From Candidatus Bathyarchaeia archaeon (lineage in GTDB: Archaea > Thermoproteota > Bathyarchaeia > Bathyarchaeales > Bathycorpusculaceae), in contig JAVZLK010000010.1 in assembly GCA_038883795.1 (NCBI GenBank), forward strand, positions 1 through 43,251: 43,251 bases of DNA, given 5' to 3'. Below are positions 1-9,390 of the stretch, one piece after another. How positions within the stretch are numbered: position 1 is the first letter of the stretch; every line of letters begins with the position of its first letter. A model generated the notes under the pieces. That model was given only the letters and a program-made list of their open reading frames with translations. It made no database searches and was not told the DNA's origin. A program made the position numbers and the translations under genes.

Positions 1-56
1 ATACGCCATAAACAATCAGAAACTCTAAATTCAGCAAAAAACATCATTCATTAAAG

Positions 57-131
57 GGGCCGGTAGTTCAGTCTGGTATGAACGCCTGATTCGCAATCAG
101 GAGGTCGCGGGTTCAAATCCCGCCCGGTCCA
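57..131 (+). tRNA. tRNA-Ala (anticodon CGC)
   Basis: Full cloverleaf: acceptor GGGCCGG/CCGGTCC with G3:U70 Ala identity pair, anticodon arm CCTGA-TTCGCAA-TCAGG, T-loop TTCAAAT, discriminator A. Confidence 0.97.
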
Positions 132-173
132 CAAATCTTTCACACTAAAAGAATTAACTCTGAGGTTCAGAAA

Positions 174-473
174 GTGGAAGTTGAATGCTTTCCCAAACTT
201 TCACAGGAACAGCAGAAAGTTTTGCCAAAGAATTATTGTCCCCCTCCAATTGAAGGAATGTATTCTATCGATGACAAACATCCAGAAGGCGCCATCTACG
301 TATATGTAGGTTACTGTGATTGGGAAAAGAACTTTGACTATTGCTTAAAAGAATTTATTCTGACAATTTTCCATGAAGCCATGCACATTATAGTTCCAGA
401 AATAGAAGACTACATTCCCTACGCAGAAAAAATACTTGCAGACATTCTTGAAAGAAAATCTAAAAGAAAATAA
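174..473 (+). CDS. small hypothetical protein with HExxH (zincin-like) motif
   Basis: ORF contains IFHEAMH followed by Glu residues; lies just outside the att repeat. Start uncertain (GTG 174 or ATG 258). Confidence 0.5.
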   Translation: MEVECFPKLSQEQQKVLPKNYCPPPIEGMYSIDDKHPEGAIYVYVGYCDWEKNFDYCLKEFILTIFHEAMHIIVPEIEDYIPYAEKILADILERKSKRK

Positions 474-480
474 TTGGAAT

Positions 481-505
481 GCGGGCCCGGTGGGATTTAA
501 ACCCA
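481..505 (-). repeat. att direct repeat: copy of tRNA-Arg 3' end (distal end of element)
   Basis: GCGGGCCCGGTGGGATTTAAACCCA matches 41928-41952 (GCGGGCCCGGTGGGATTTGAACCCA) at 24/25 nt. Confidence 0.93.
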
Positions 506-828
506 AAAGGGTTCGAGTCCTTCTCATTGATGATTGCTGAGACTGCTGGGAGAGGTTGTGGCTGCGTAATTGCTTTTTATCGGCAGTTAATTATCAAGTC
601 GCTTGCATATATTCTAATAGTTCTATTGATATTAACAAGTCCTTTCTTTTCCCATTTTTGTGAGGGATTGCCTAATAAAGAGTTTAGATAGTTTCAAGGA
701 TCTGCCGAAGGAACAGGGCGTTAAGTTTTGCGTAAGGTGCGTTCTCTTGAGCAGACACTGCTAAAGGAGAGTGCTTGATTAGGAAATACATACTAAAAGA
801 TAATGAAATCGGCTACTCGTTCTTTGAC

Positions 829-2049
829 TTATATCCCGAGGTAAATATCTGTTCTTTGTCCTAAGCGATCAACTACTTCATCATCTATTCGTTCTTTTTT
901 CATGGTGAGGCCTTCCTCGATAGAATAATGGCAAATTTTGAGGAAGTTCCTGATATTTGCCCTCTTCCGTTCCTCAAGTAGTCTAAACATTTTTACTAGG
1001 ATTTCTTTGCTAAATGGAAAAAGGGGGTCTTCAAATTTTTCGGTTCTATAACTATTGATGTAAGCTTCTACGTATGTACTCAAGTTTTCCTCACTTAATT
1101 CTTCTAAGAACACTCTTAATGAGATTCTTTCTAGAGGCTCATATTTTGCTATAAGCTCCAATGCTTCAGGGCTGCAACTTAGTATCAATGTTAATCCTGT
1201 GGGGTTCCAATCCATAATATGCCGTATAGAATCTAAAAAGTTAACCCTTTGCTCTGCAGGGAAAAGAGTTATTTTTTCGACCTCATCGATACATATAAAT
1301 AACATTCGGAAGCCAATGCTTTCAAGCAATTTTCTGAAATTTACGATAACAGCAAGTGCTTTTTCATCACTATCTAATCGACTAGTAATACCGCATTTTC
1401 GCAATGTGAAAAGGTCTATCCATTTTCCACAAATCCATTCATACCCGATTCTGAGCCCTTCCTCAGAGTAAAACATATTCATTAAGGCGGACACTAAATC
1501 TGAATCGCTTATTGTACTGAAGAGGAATTTTTGCAACGACTTTTGGGCGGCGATTTTATCATCGGCTTGCATTTCATTCAAGAACAAACTAGTCATTAAT
1601 GCGCGGATGGCAGAATAATTTTCTTTTTGAGTCTGTGATGTTAATTGTAGGATTTTTAATTTTAATTCTTCAAAAAATTCCATTCCAAGATCGTGCATAA
1701 AACCCTGATATATCGTCAGAAGAGACCAACCCCTAGCAGAGGTATATCCGGCCACTGCAATATTTTCAGGGTACAGTTGATCAAGAATACTAGTTCGGAT
1801 TACTTTTAAAGCATGACTTTTTCCGTTACCGTAGCCTCCAACAATAAGCAAATGGCTTGGTCTTCTGTCTTCGCTGTAAACAGAATTTGAGATAGATTCC
1901 AATATTTGCCTTTTTGCATTTTCTTGATCAGCAAAAATTCGCGGAGATTCCTCTGGGACAGGTGAAGCAGGGAAAGGATTACTTCTAAGTTTGTAAATAG
2001 CATACTCTTCGGCCTTTCGTCTTACAGTTATAGTAAAGTCAGCGCTCAA
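829..2049 (-). CDS. AAA+ P-loop ATPase, BrxD/DUF2791- or Orc/Cdc6-like (paralogue 1)
   Basis: N-terminal NPF, Walker A GGYGNGKSH, Walker B ICIDEVE, LFPFS and sensor-II-like NIRNFL; closely parallels 16625-17887. Confidence 0.85.
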   Translation of the reverse strand: MSADFTITVRRKAEEYAIYKLRSNPFPASPVPEESPRIFADQENAKRQILESISNSVYSEDRRPSHLLIVGGYGNGKSHALKVIRTSILDQLYPENIAVAGYTSARGWSLLTIYQGFMHDLGMEFFEELKLKILQLTSQTQKENYSAIRALMTSLFLNEMQADDKIAAQKSLQKFLFSTISDSDLVSALMNMFYSEEGLRIGYEWICGKWIDLFTLRKCGITSRLDSDEKALAVIVNFRKLLESIGFRMLFICIDEVEKITLFPAEQRVNFLDSIRHIMDWNPTGLTLILSCSPEALELIAKYEPLERISLRVFLEELSEENLSTYVEAYINSYRTEKFEDPLFPFSKEILVKMFRLLEERKRANIRNFLKICHYSIEEGLTMKKERIDDEVVDRLGQRTDIYLGI

Positions 2050-2930
2050 AGCTTATCCACTTCTAAATGTACATAGTAAAATGTGCTATTATTTAGTTTT
2101 AACCCATACAACGGAGATCGATTAACCTCAATTACGTCATTCTCTTGATATTCAATTTGTCTAATTTTGCGTGCACCCTCTAAAGAGATTGTTGTTTCAG
2201 GTGCACTAAATAAACGAACGCATTCAGGCTTCTCTTCATATAAATTGATAAGTATAGTATCGAATAAATTCCTAGGAATTCTGAGGAGTTCACATGAATA
2301 TTCCCTGAAGGATGCTATAGGCAGATAATACTTTTCACCTAAACCCTTTCCAGCTAATGCTTGATACATATTCTTTAGAAGCACATGCGCCCTTTCAGGG
2401 CTCTTTTGTTCGGCCAACAAATAAAGTCGCGATGGCTCTGACAATTTGTTTTCCATTATGCCTCCTAAACGTTCCCCCCAATCGACAAGAAAAGCGAGGA
2501 TTACCTTATTTTTGACGAATGTCTCTTTGACATATCCCTCTTCTAGAAGGCGCTTTTCAAAATTGGTAACATCGTTTATAGGAATACCTTTTTCGTTGCC
2601 AAATTCGTACCATTTAATGATTATATCTTTAAGCCTTCTGTAGGCGGGATGATGTTTCGTTAAATAATGATCAATACTGAGCCATTGCCTTTGCCTAATC
2701 CATTGGAGCACTTGTTGACCTCTGCTGGACAACTCGAAGGTGTTTCCACTTCTGCTTACCAACTCAATTTGGATTAACATGTCCAATATCTTTTTGGCCC
2801 TTGTTATGGTAAACCCTAGCCTATTCAACACGCTTTCATGAATAGGGCTCTTGCTTAAAAGTAGAACCATTTTTAGGAAAGGTTTTAGATTTATCGGTTC
2901 CATTTGTTCACCAAAAGAAGGCATTTTCAC
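2046..2930 (-). CDS. multi winged-helix protein, ATPase partner (paralogue of 17892-18752)
   Basis: N-terminal wHTH pattern (RAKKILDML..IELV...GNTFELSSRG); shares DWGERLG, REY.CE.L.I.R..FD and L..AP.T with 17892-18752; overlaps the ATPase start by 4 nt. Confidence 0.7.
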   Translation of the reverse strand: MKMPSFGEQMEPINLKPFLKMVLLLSKSPIHESVLNRLGFTITRAKKILDMLIQIELVSRSGNTFELSSRGQQVLQWIRQRQWLSIDHYLTKHHPAYRRLKDIIIKWYEFGNEKGIPINDVTNFEKRLLEEGYVKETFVKNKVILAFLVDWGERLGGIMENKLSEPSRLYLLAEQKSPERAHVLLKNMYQALAGKGLGEKYYLPIASFREYSCELLRIPRNLFDTILINLYEEKPECVRLFSAPETTISLEGARKIRQIEYQENDVIEVNRSPLYGLKLNNSTFYYVHLEVDKL

Positions 2931-4068
2931 GTACTTTTTTAATGTTGTCAGAAGGCGTATGAAGGTCTTCTTTCAAGCTCTCTATATTGCCTCTCCGTAA
3001 ATCCACTTGCACAAGTCCACGGATCCAATCATCTGCTTTTTTATTCGGGAAATCACCATAAATCCATATCTCCAAATTCTCCTTACTGTTAATTCTTACG
3101 CTTCCGTACTGAATCGCTAATTCGTACACAAGTGTTGACATTGGAGTATACACTTTTCCAAATAATAAGTCCCAACTAGGTACTTTAATGCGGCTTGGAA
3201 TTGTGAATAAGTCGCCTATAGAAAGGCAGTAGGATTTGATTCCTTCAAGCTGGGCAATAGCAAAACTCGTTTTGTCGCAAGTGATAAACCATGCGTCTGC
3301 CAGTGGAGAAAACGCTCGCGCGTATTCTCTTATTTGCAGTCTTATTAGAGCATCTGAGGAAAGCCTGCTACCCTCTTTGGAAGGTAGGATATAGGAAGCG
3401 GGCGTTGGTATGTCAAAAATATGACTAGAATATTTTCTAAGCGCGTTTATCTCTTGCAAACCTCTATATCCTTTACGTTTTCTGAGGGCGTCTTTCGAAT
3501 CTGAAGCCATGTTCTCTAATTCCCACAGACATAATCGAGGCAAAGCTACGAAAAACCTTTCTGCACCTAAGACAACAATCCTGTTCAATATGTGCTTAGA
3601 TAAAATTGCCCTCTGGATAACGCCCGAATCGGGTATAAGGGCAAGACGCGTCGAAGAGGGTTCAAAGACAAAATAATCAGCTTCCTGAGGTCGATATAAA
3701 CCAGAACAAATTAGAACATCTCTTAAGCCTTGTCTAAAAAGATTATCGAGGTGTTCCAAGAACTTTTTTCGTTTATCGACAAATTCAGCTTTGAAATAGT
3801 TCTTTAGATACTCCTTTTGTTCACCTTTATATCCATCAATCATTATACTTTCCTTTTCTTTTAAAATGGTTAAAAGATGATCATCTAGACATAGTGATAT
3901 CTCATATCTCCCCAAAGATGAACTGGAAATATTATTCAACTTCAAAACCTTGATAGGATCAACCTGAGTTCCATTCTTCACGAAAACATTTAGCTCTCCA
4001 CAACTTCTTAAAGTTTCACCCTCAAATAAATTAATTAACTGCATAAAATCTATATTTATTGGATCCAT
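2908..4068 (-). CDS. PIN-domain nuclease-like protein
   Basis: PIN acidic pattern: LIPDSG (D1), WELEN (E), SDALI (D), FITCDK (T-x-D); first gene of a PIN-wHTH-ATPase operon. Confidence 0.72.
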   Translation of the reverse strand: MDPINIDFMQLINLFEGETLRSCGELNVFVKNGTQVDPIKVLKLNNISSSSLGRYEISLCLDDHLLTILKEKESIMIDGYKGEQKEYLKNYFKAEFVDKRKKFLEHLDNLFRQGLRDVLICSGLYRPQEADYFVFEPSSTRLALIPDSGVIQRAILSKHILNRIVVLGAERFFVALPRLCLWELENMASDSKDALRKRKGYRGLQEINALRKYSSHIFDIPTPASYILPSKEGSRLSSDALIRLQIREYARAFSPLADAWFITCDKTSFAIAQLEGIKSYCLSIGDLFTIPSRIKVPSWDLLFGKVYTPMSTLVYELAIQYGSVRINSKENLEIWIYGDFPNKKADDWIRGLVQVDLRRGNIESLKEDLHTPSDNIKKVRENAFFW

Positions 4069-4089
4069 CTTCAGCGCCGTGGGATAAAA

Positions 4090-4632
4090 ATGCCTTTAGA
4101 AATATATTTACTTTCTTACCCTGACAGTGTCCAGGAAAAACGAAGACAATTAGGAGTCGATGTAAGAGAGAAAAGGATACGTGACCTAATTTCTTGCATC
4201 AATATAATATCTCATCGTAAATTTTACGAGCATGAGGGACTTCCTAATGCTATACCGTTGTATTCGCAAGATAAAGGGGACACTGTCAATTTCGATGTAG
4301 TTGATAAAATTCAGATTTTAGGCGATCCTGTGGACTGGATCGAGAAAATCTCCGCATCCTTTAAAGAACTGGGCATAATTACTAAAACTAAAAGCTACAT
4401 ATCACCACAACAGAATATTAATTTAACGGAAGAAGTCAGAAAATTAAGGAGTTCTATAGGAGAGGGCGAGCGACAAGAAGTGGAGGATATATGCTTCGGT
4501 ACAAAAATCAGAGTACAAGATGGAGTCTGGTCTCAGTTTTGGGATGCATTAGAATATTTTATTGATGTATCACAAAAATACGATCTATTCCTTTACATTC
4601 CAACTCTGGCCGCTGCCTTAGCTAAAGAGTGA
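4090..4632 (+). CDS. hypothetical protein
   Basis: 180-aa ORF with protein-like composition and no recognisable motif. Only 21 nt from the divergent PIN start, so the true start may lie further downstream. Confidence 0.6.
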   Translation: MPLEIYLLSYPDSVQEKRRQLGVDVREKRIRDLISCINIISHRKFYEHEGLPNAIPLYSQDKGDTVNFDVVDKIQILGDPVDWIEKISASFKELGIITKTKSYISPQQNINLTEEVRKLRSSIGEGERQEVEDICFGTKIRVQDGVWSQFWDALEYFIDVSQKYDLFLYIPTLAAALAKE

Positions 4633-4706
4633 TCTGTGGCTTTTAATACGAAAGAACGCGATAAAGGAGATTCTTGCTCGATGTGAAGTTTTTGATTTTA
4701 AACAAA

Positions 4707-5870
4707 CTAGCGAGGCAGAAGGTTCAATTTGATGGCGTAATAGGTTGCTAAGAAAATAGAGGCGAGAGCATGTCTTGCTTCATCAATGGTTGGGGGTTCG
4801 AATCCCGTAAGGTCGCTCGGATGAGCGCCTTTTTTATCGCGAAGCCATTTGACTGAAGACAGTAGAGAAAGAACAAACTCCAGCGGTGTTGTTATTTGAC
4901 CTGGTACTTCAGTTTTCCAAAGTTTTGAAAGCTGATTACCCATTTGTGGTGTCCTTTTTGCATTTTCCTCTCCTTTTAAACATACGAATATCCCGGCGAC
5001 TAATATTTCAGCAGCACGGCCGCAGCTGCTAATTGTGTCATAACAGTTTCCACGCTGAAATTGTTCAAATGAATTCAATAAATGGTTAGTTAACTCTTCT
5101 TTGCCGCGTATTGCGTGAGTGGAGACCATACGGATTACCATATTTTTTAGTTTTTGAAAATCGTAAATTTCTTTAAAGTTTAAAAACGTCCTACTTATAT
5201 CTTCTTTTTCGCTTCTAAGTTTAGCTATCGCATCATTAATTTCCCTTAACATTACAGTGTATTGTTGAAAAACGAAGTCTATTGCGAAGTCCGGTAAACT
5301 TAGCAATTTTCCTTTTCGGCTAATCAGTCCAAATTCTTGCATATAATTTAGCTCGCGTGGAATGACCGTATATTTTGCCTCTGATATCGATGCGTAATCC
5401 TGAAAAGGTCCTATTCGATCTTCTGCATCCTTCTGCAATTCTTTCATGACTAATTCTAGTTCCACATTGTTACCAAGAATGAAAATCTTTCTGATAATAT
5501 ACTGCCATAAAGGTTCGACGTAATGTAGATCTCCTCCACCCCATTTCTGAAGTAGAATCCGGTTTATGTCCTCCTCTTCTTCGAAGAACAGTTTGCCTAT
5601 AACTGAGGAAAAGGTAAGAGTACACTTAAGATTTCCATTCTGAATTATTAAGCCAGCCTCTATTAGTGAATCTAGACTTTTTCCGATCCAAGCATAGGGT
5701 AAATCTGGGTAGTAGGATTTTGCAATGAATGATATAAGCTGATCGCGAGACATTTCACCTTTATCAAGAAGGACTTTCAAAATTGCCAATTTACTTTTAT
5801 CATTCGACCTAACAAAGTTTAAAATCATTGAATATATTTTTGATTTTGCAGTATCTTTATCATAAAACAT
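4707..5870 (-). CDS. multi-wHTH protein with C-terminal HEPN (DUF4145/Abi-C-like) domain
   Basis: Two wHTH-like segments (SLDSLIEAGLI; ELNYMQEFGLISRKG), a coiled linker, then GRAAE...RDKKGAH (Rx5H HEPN-type motif). Confidence 0.7.
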   Translation of the reverse strand: MFYDKDTAKSKIYSMILNFVRSNDKSKLAILKVLLDKGEMSRDQLISFIAKSYYPDLPYAWIGKSLDSLIEAGLIIQNGNLKCTLTFSSVIGKLFFEEEEDINRILLQKWGGGDLHYVEPLWQYIIRKIFILGNNVELELVMKELQKDAEDRIGPFQDYASISEAKYTVIPRELNYMQEFGLISRKGKLLSLPDFAIDFVFQQYTVMLREINDAIAKLRSEKEDISRTFLNFKEIYDFQKLKNMVIRMVSTHAIRGKEELTNHLLNSFEQFQRGNCYDTISSCGRAAEILVAGIFVCLKGEENAKRTPQMGNQLSKLWKTEVPGQITTPLEFVLSLLSSVKWLRDKKGAHPSDLTGFEPPTIDEARHALASIFLATYYAIKLNLLPR

Positions 5871-5880
5871 TTCTTTTAAC

Positions 5881-7071
5881 CTAATTTATGATGGCTGCTC
5901 CTGTTTTAATTTGTTTTCGTTGTATCGAAATCTTTTGTGAATGGATGGGTACTAAGTCAACTATGATGTCCCAGTGTTCTTTTGGAGAAGAAATTACATA
6001 CTGTGGTCGTCGCATTTTAGCTACGTTTTTCACTACCGAGTATAGCGCCACATCATTTCTTGTTCGATATTTCAACGTTTCCGCGGAAGCGAGCGCTAAA
6101 GATTTAAGATCAAAAATTTGTTCCTTAGGCAAAGCAAGGTAAGTATTCAGTGTTGCCAGCCCCCAATCTGGCTTATTAAGGAAAGAGTATCTTGGCTGAA
6201 TATCAAATAAGGCTAAGATCATGAGAATAAACCTGCGAATGTCATCGTCACGTACAAATGTGTAGAATTTGATCAGCCCACCTCTGCTTATTTTAGCCCT
6301 AGAATCCAGCACACCTTCGATAAATTGTTTAATAACATTTGTTGGAGATGTACGTATGCACAGAGGCATTTTTTGTGGATGTGTCCGTGAAAAGTCATGT
6401 GTGTCTTCTGGTTCAAACAATTGTGAAATCATTCTTGTTATAAATCCGTCGCTAGACTCATCGATTACAATGATTTTTTTGCGATCTGGTCTGTAAAAAA
6501 TTTTGTAGTCAAAATCATAGCGAAGCCCTATTTCTTGGAACGTCTGTTTTAGGTTGCTGCATATTTTTCTATAATTGACATCACTTTCCAAAAACATTAC
6601 AATTTTATGCATAACCCATTTTTGTACGACGGCCTGCGTGCCAAGCAAATAAGCAAAATTTTCTGTAACATTAATTTTCTTGGAGTCTATGCATATCTGT
6701 TGTAATGTATTAGAGCAATATAATTCTCTGAGCATGTCAAATGTTTTGGGTCTATAGAAAATATCTAATTGGTCTCCTTCAACGATTTTTGAAGCAATCT
6801 TTTTGCCGTCAATTAAATAAAGTTTTGTTCTTTCTGGAACTATAATCTCATTGACATCTGTTATAATTCTAATAGACTTATCCTCTGTTAACTTCAGTGG
6901 GCGGGAGGCTAATTGTTGAAATGAAGGTTCACGCTTTTCAATATCCAGCCCTAGGATATGGTCTGTCTCCTCCAATTCTTGAACTTTCAAAATTCCCCTT
7001 TTTGTCCATAAATAACTATCTTTGCACACAATGTATCCTATGACTTCTTGTTGTACCGTTTTTTCATTCAA
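5881..7071 (-). CDS. free-standing degenerate intein-like protein (Hint + DOD/LAGLIDADG)
   Basis: Intein blocks in order: A IVCKDSYLWTKRGILKVQEL, B IRIITDVNEIIV...ASKIVEGD, C FAYLLG, D/E MPLCIRTSPTNVIKQFIEGVLDS, H ILALFDI, F/G SVVKNV...VPIHSQ. Start reassigned to TTG 7071 because the ORF-track start overlaps the divergent gene. Confidence 0.75.
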   Translation of the reverse strand: MNEKTVQQEVIGYIVCKDSYLWTKRGILKVQELEETDHILGLDIEKREPSFQQLASRPLKLTEDKSIRIITDVNEIIVPERTKLYLIDGKKIASKIVEGDQLDIFYRPKTFDMLRELYCSNTLQQICIDSKKINVTENFAYLLGTQAVVQKWVMHKIVMFLESDVNYRKICSNLKQTFQEIGLRYDFDYKIFYRPDRKKIIVIDESSDGFITRMISQLFEPEDTHDFSRTHPQKMPLCIRTSPTNVIKQFIEGVLDSRAKISRGGLIKFYTFVRDDDIRRFILMILALFDIQPRYSFLNKPDWGLATLNTYLALPKEQIFDLKSLALASAETLKYRTRNDVALYSVVKNVAKMRRPQYVISSPKEHWDIIVDLVPIHSQKISIQRKQIKTGAAIIN

Positions 7072-7085
7072 GTGTACAACCAGAT

Positions 7086-7096
7086 TTTTTATAAGG
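7086..7096. promoter_or_regulatory. TATA-box-like element in the divergent intergenic region
   Basis: TTTTTATAAGG lies between divergent starts at 7071 and 7136. Confidence 0.45.
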
Positions 7097-7135
7097 AAAC
7101 TTCTAAATAATAATATTTCACTAAAGGGATCAGAG

Positions 7136-8272
7136 ATGTATTTTAAGAAGTGGCCATATGCAATAGTTCCAGAGGAACATGCTAACATATGGGCTGACAG
7201 GCGCCTACTATTCAGTCAGATAAAGGAATTATTCGAAAATTTTGAACAAAAAAATTCTTCATTTATCCAACTATTGTGGGGATACCTAGGTGCAGGTAAA
7301 ACCCATACACTTAAGCATTTTCAGTATGCACTTGGAAACAAAGAAAACATGGTGTTTGTATATTCAAGATTCCCTACGCAGGCAAGAAACTTTTATGAGC
7401 TTTACAGAGATGGATTTATTCAGTCTTTAAATTTTGGTTTATTCGTGAAGAGATGTTCAGCCATATGGAAAGCTTTATTGAGTGATAAGGAAGAAGAAGA
7501 TGCCTTCTTTTGGATTCTAGAACATATAGCTCATAAATCCTATGATTTTGCGCAAGTCGTGTATAATTTTGCCAAACTTTGGAGCGTCTCGCCTGCTGAG
7601 GGCTTTAGGCATCCCTATTTTGGTTTGTCGAGGATGTGGTTACAAGGTGCAAGACTGGGCATGCGGAATATGAAAGATATAGGTGTTACAAAAAACATTA
7701 AAAGTGATGAAGATGCGGTCTCAATGATGGGAGGAATACTTAGGCTAATGACCCTTAAGGAAGCGCAAGGTAAAGTTACTTCGGTTATATGGATGTTGGA
7801 CGACTGCCAAGCGCTCCTTAATAAAGAAGCGATTCAACGTGGGTTGCGTAGAGTTATCGATGAATGCCCAAGAAACTTGTTAGTTCTTATCAGTTTTGCC
7901 ACAACTGACCCTGAAAAAATACACCTCGGGCTCATCGATGAACTCAGAACTGTCTGTGCTCCATCTTTGTTAGAGGTTCCTCCTCTAAACGAGGTTGAGG
8001 CATCCGAATTTATTATAGATCTTATAAACAACAAGGATTTTAAAGAACCAGGTAAAGACAAGTTTTATCCTTATACTGAAGAAGCAATTTTGGAGATTAT
8101 AGCTCAAATGAAAAATAAAGGAATAGATTTGCTACCAAGATGTATAAACCGTTGTGCTGATCATTTAACTAGTGAGGCAGAAAAAGATTCAATTGATAGA
8201 ATTGACGCGCAATATGTAAAACAATTCTTTGGTCATAAATGCCAATCAAGCTGCCCCATCTTCTCTGAATAA
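7136..8272 (+). CDS. AAA+ P-loop ATPase, BrxD/Orc-like (paralogue 2; Walker B LDDCQ)
   Basis: Walker A LWGYLGAGKTH, WMLDDCQ, FYPYTEEAI, LPRCI. Start set at ATG 7136 (MYFKKWPY). Confidence 0.82.
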   Translation: MYFKKWPYAIVPEEHANIWADRRLLFSQIKELFENFEQKNSSFIQLLWGYLGAGKTHTLKHFQYALGNKENMVFVYSRFPTQARNFYELYRDGFIQSLNFGLFVKRCSAIWKALLSDKEEEDAFFWILEHIAHKSYDFAQVVYNFAKLWSVSPAEGFRHPYFGLSRMWLQGARLGMRNMKDIGVTKNIKSDEDAVSMMGGILRLMTLKEAQGKVTSVIWMLDDCQALLNKEAIQRGLRRVIDECPRNLLVLISFATTDPEKIHLGLIDELRTVCAPSLLEVPPLNEVEASEFIIDLINNKDFKEPGKDKFYPYTEEAILEIIAQMKNKGIDLLPRCINRCADHLTSEAEKDSIDRIDAQYVKQFFGHKCQSSCPIFSE

Positions 8273-8277
8273 AATAA

Positions 8278-9390
8278 CTAAAGCTTTTCAGTTGATGCAG
8301 TTAAGATTGGAAAATCTTTGCTTAAAGAAAAATATCTTATTCTCCCTCTTGTGTCCACGTGAAGTTTAATATAATCCTGGTATTTCTTTTGATAATCAAA
8401 CAATACCTCTCTGGCTCTATTAATCTCCACGATCTTAGCTGGAACCGAAGCCAAGGCCTTAATTGCGACTAATAGGCAAACTTCATCTATACCTGCAAGT
8501 CCATAAGCTGCGGTTACATGTTGAAAGTTGTTCACTATCATGTGAAAGACTTCTTCATCACTTGCTGGCTTAGCATTTAATTCATATAAATAGGCGCATC
8601 TTTCAAAAAAATCATAGCTAATGCTCTGCGTATCTTCATCTATATCTTTAAATTTCTCGGTAAACCTAATTGAATATTCGTTTCTGCAGTAAGTGTATGA
8701 ATCTTTTTTGTTTTCTGGTTTGTCAATTATGGATAAATCTACTAACACCTCCAACCTAGGGGTAACTCTTAGCTCTTTAGTTCCAACCACTCCTTCCCGC
8801 GCGTTTTTCATGCGCTCAGCGAGTTTTAGGATTTCATTAGCTTTGGCATATTCAGAGGATGTCTGTGCGAAGCGTTTACATTTTTGGCCATATAATTGAT
8901 ATGCTTCTTGCAGTAGGACCGCTGCTTCCTTTCTACTCCATGTCTTTGCAGATTTAAGTCCATTCATTATATGTACAAACGCAACACCATCGTTTATTAA
9001 GAATTTGTAAAGAAAGAAAAATCTTTCAGGCCACGTTATTTCTAATGGATTATAGGGTGAAATCCCTTGAAAGGCATCATATTCTTCGTCACTTATTAGA
9101 TGTTCGAGCAGTCTTGCTTCAGGTCGCCAAGAAAATGTCGATGGAAATAATAGTTCTAATGGAGGGCTTGTAGCCCAGTCTACTATATCACCAGCTGTTT
9201 TAGCGGAAATTGCTCCAGTGCTTGATCGGTAATTTTTAAGCCATATTTCTTGCTTGTCTTTGACGCATTCAAATAATTTTCTAGCAAGAGTTTCTCGTGA
9301 TGTAAATGAGTCTGGCGAGGTTAAGGTGATAATTGCATTAACAAAACCGAGTCTTTGCTGGACTCCTGTGTAGAATAAGGATAAATTCAA
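8278..9390 (-). CDS. hypothetical protein, probably multi-wHTH
   Basis: Last gene of the PLD-ATPase-HerA operon (4-nt overlap); wHTH-like segments (SRETLARKL, PRLEVLVDLSII). Confidence 0.6.
   Translation of the reverse strand: MNLSLFYTGVQQRLGFVNAIITLTSPDSFTSRETLARKLFECVKDKQEIWLKNYRSSTGAISAKTAGDIVDWATSPPLELLFPSTFSWRPEARLLEHLISDEEYDAFQGISPYNPLEITWPERFFFLYKFLINDGVAFVHIMNGLKSAKTWSRKEAAVLLQEAYQLYGQKCKRFAQTSSEYAKANEILKLAERMKNAREGVVGTKELRVTPRLEVLVDLSIIDKPENKKDSYTYCRNEYSIRFTEKFKDIDEDTQSISYDFFERCAYLYELNAKPASDEEVFHMIVNNFQHVTAAYGLAGIDEVCLLVAIKALASVPAKIVEINRAREVLFDYQKKYQDYIKLHVDTRGRIRYFSLSKDFPILTASTEKL

Noticed and set aside
506-523. Second T-loop-like string AAAGGGTTCGAGTCCTTC beside the att
   Set aside because: The stem is imperfect and no acceptor strand follows; too weak to call a tRNA relic.
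479-691. 70-aa ORF spanning the att repeat
   Set aside because: It translates the tRNA-derived repeat and has no motifs. It is not an SSV-type split integrase fragment, since the integrase is intact and separate.
4792-4807. GGGGGTTCGAATCCCG resembling a tRNA T arm
   Set aside because: It lies inside the HEPN coding sequence (TGFEPP) with no other tRNA elements; probably chance.
7022-7188. Apparent head-to-head overlap of ORFs 5881-7188 and 7022-8272
   Set aside because: Artefact of longest-ORF start calling; starts at 7071 and 7136 leave a TATA-containing spacer.
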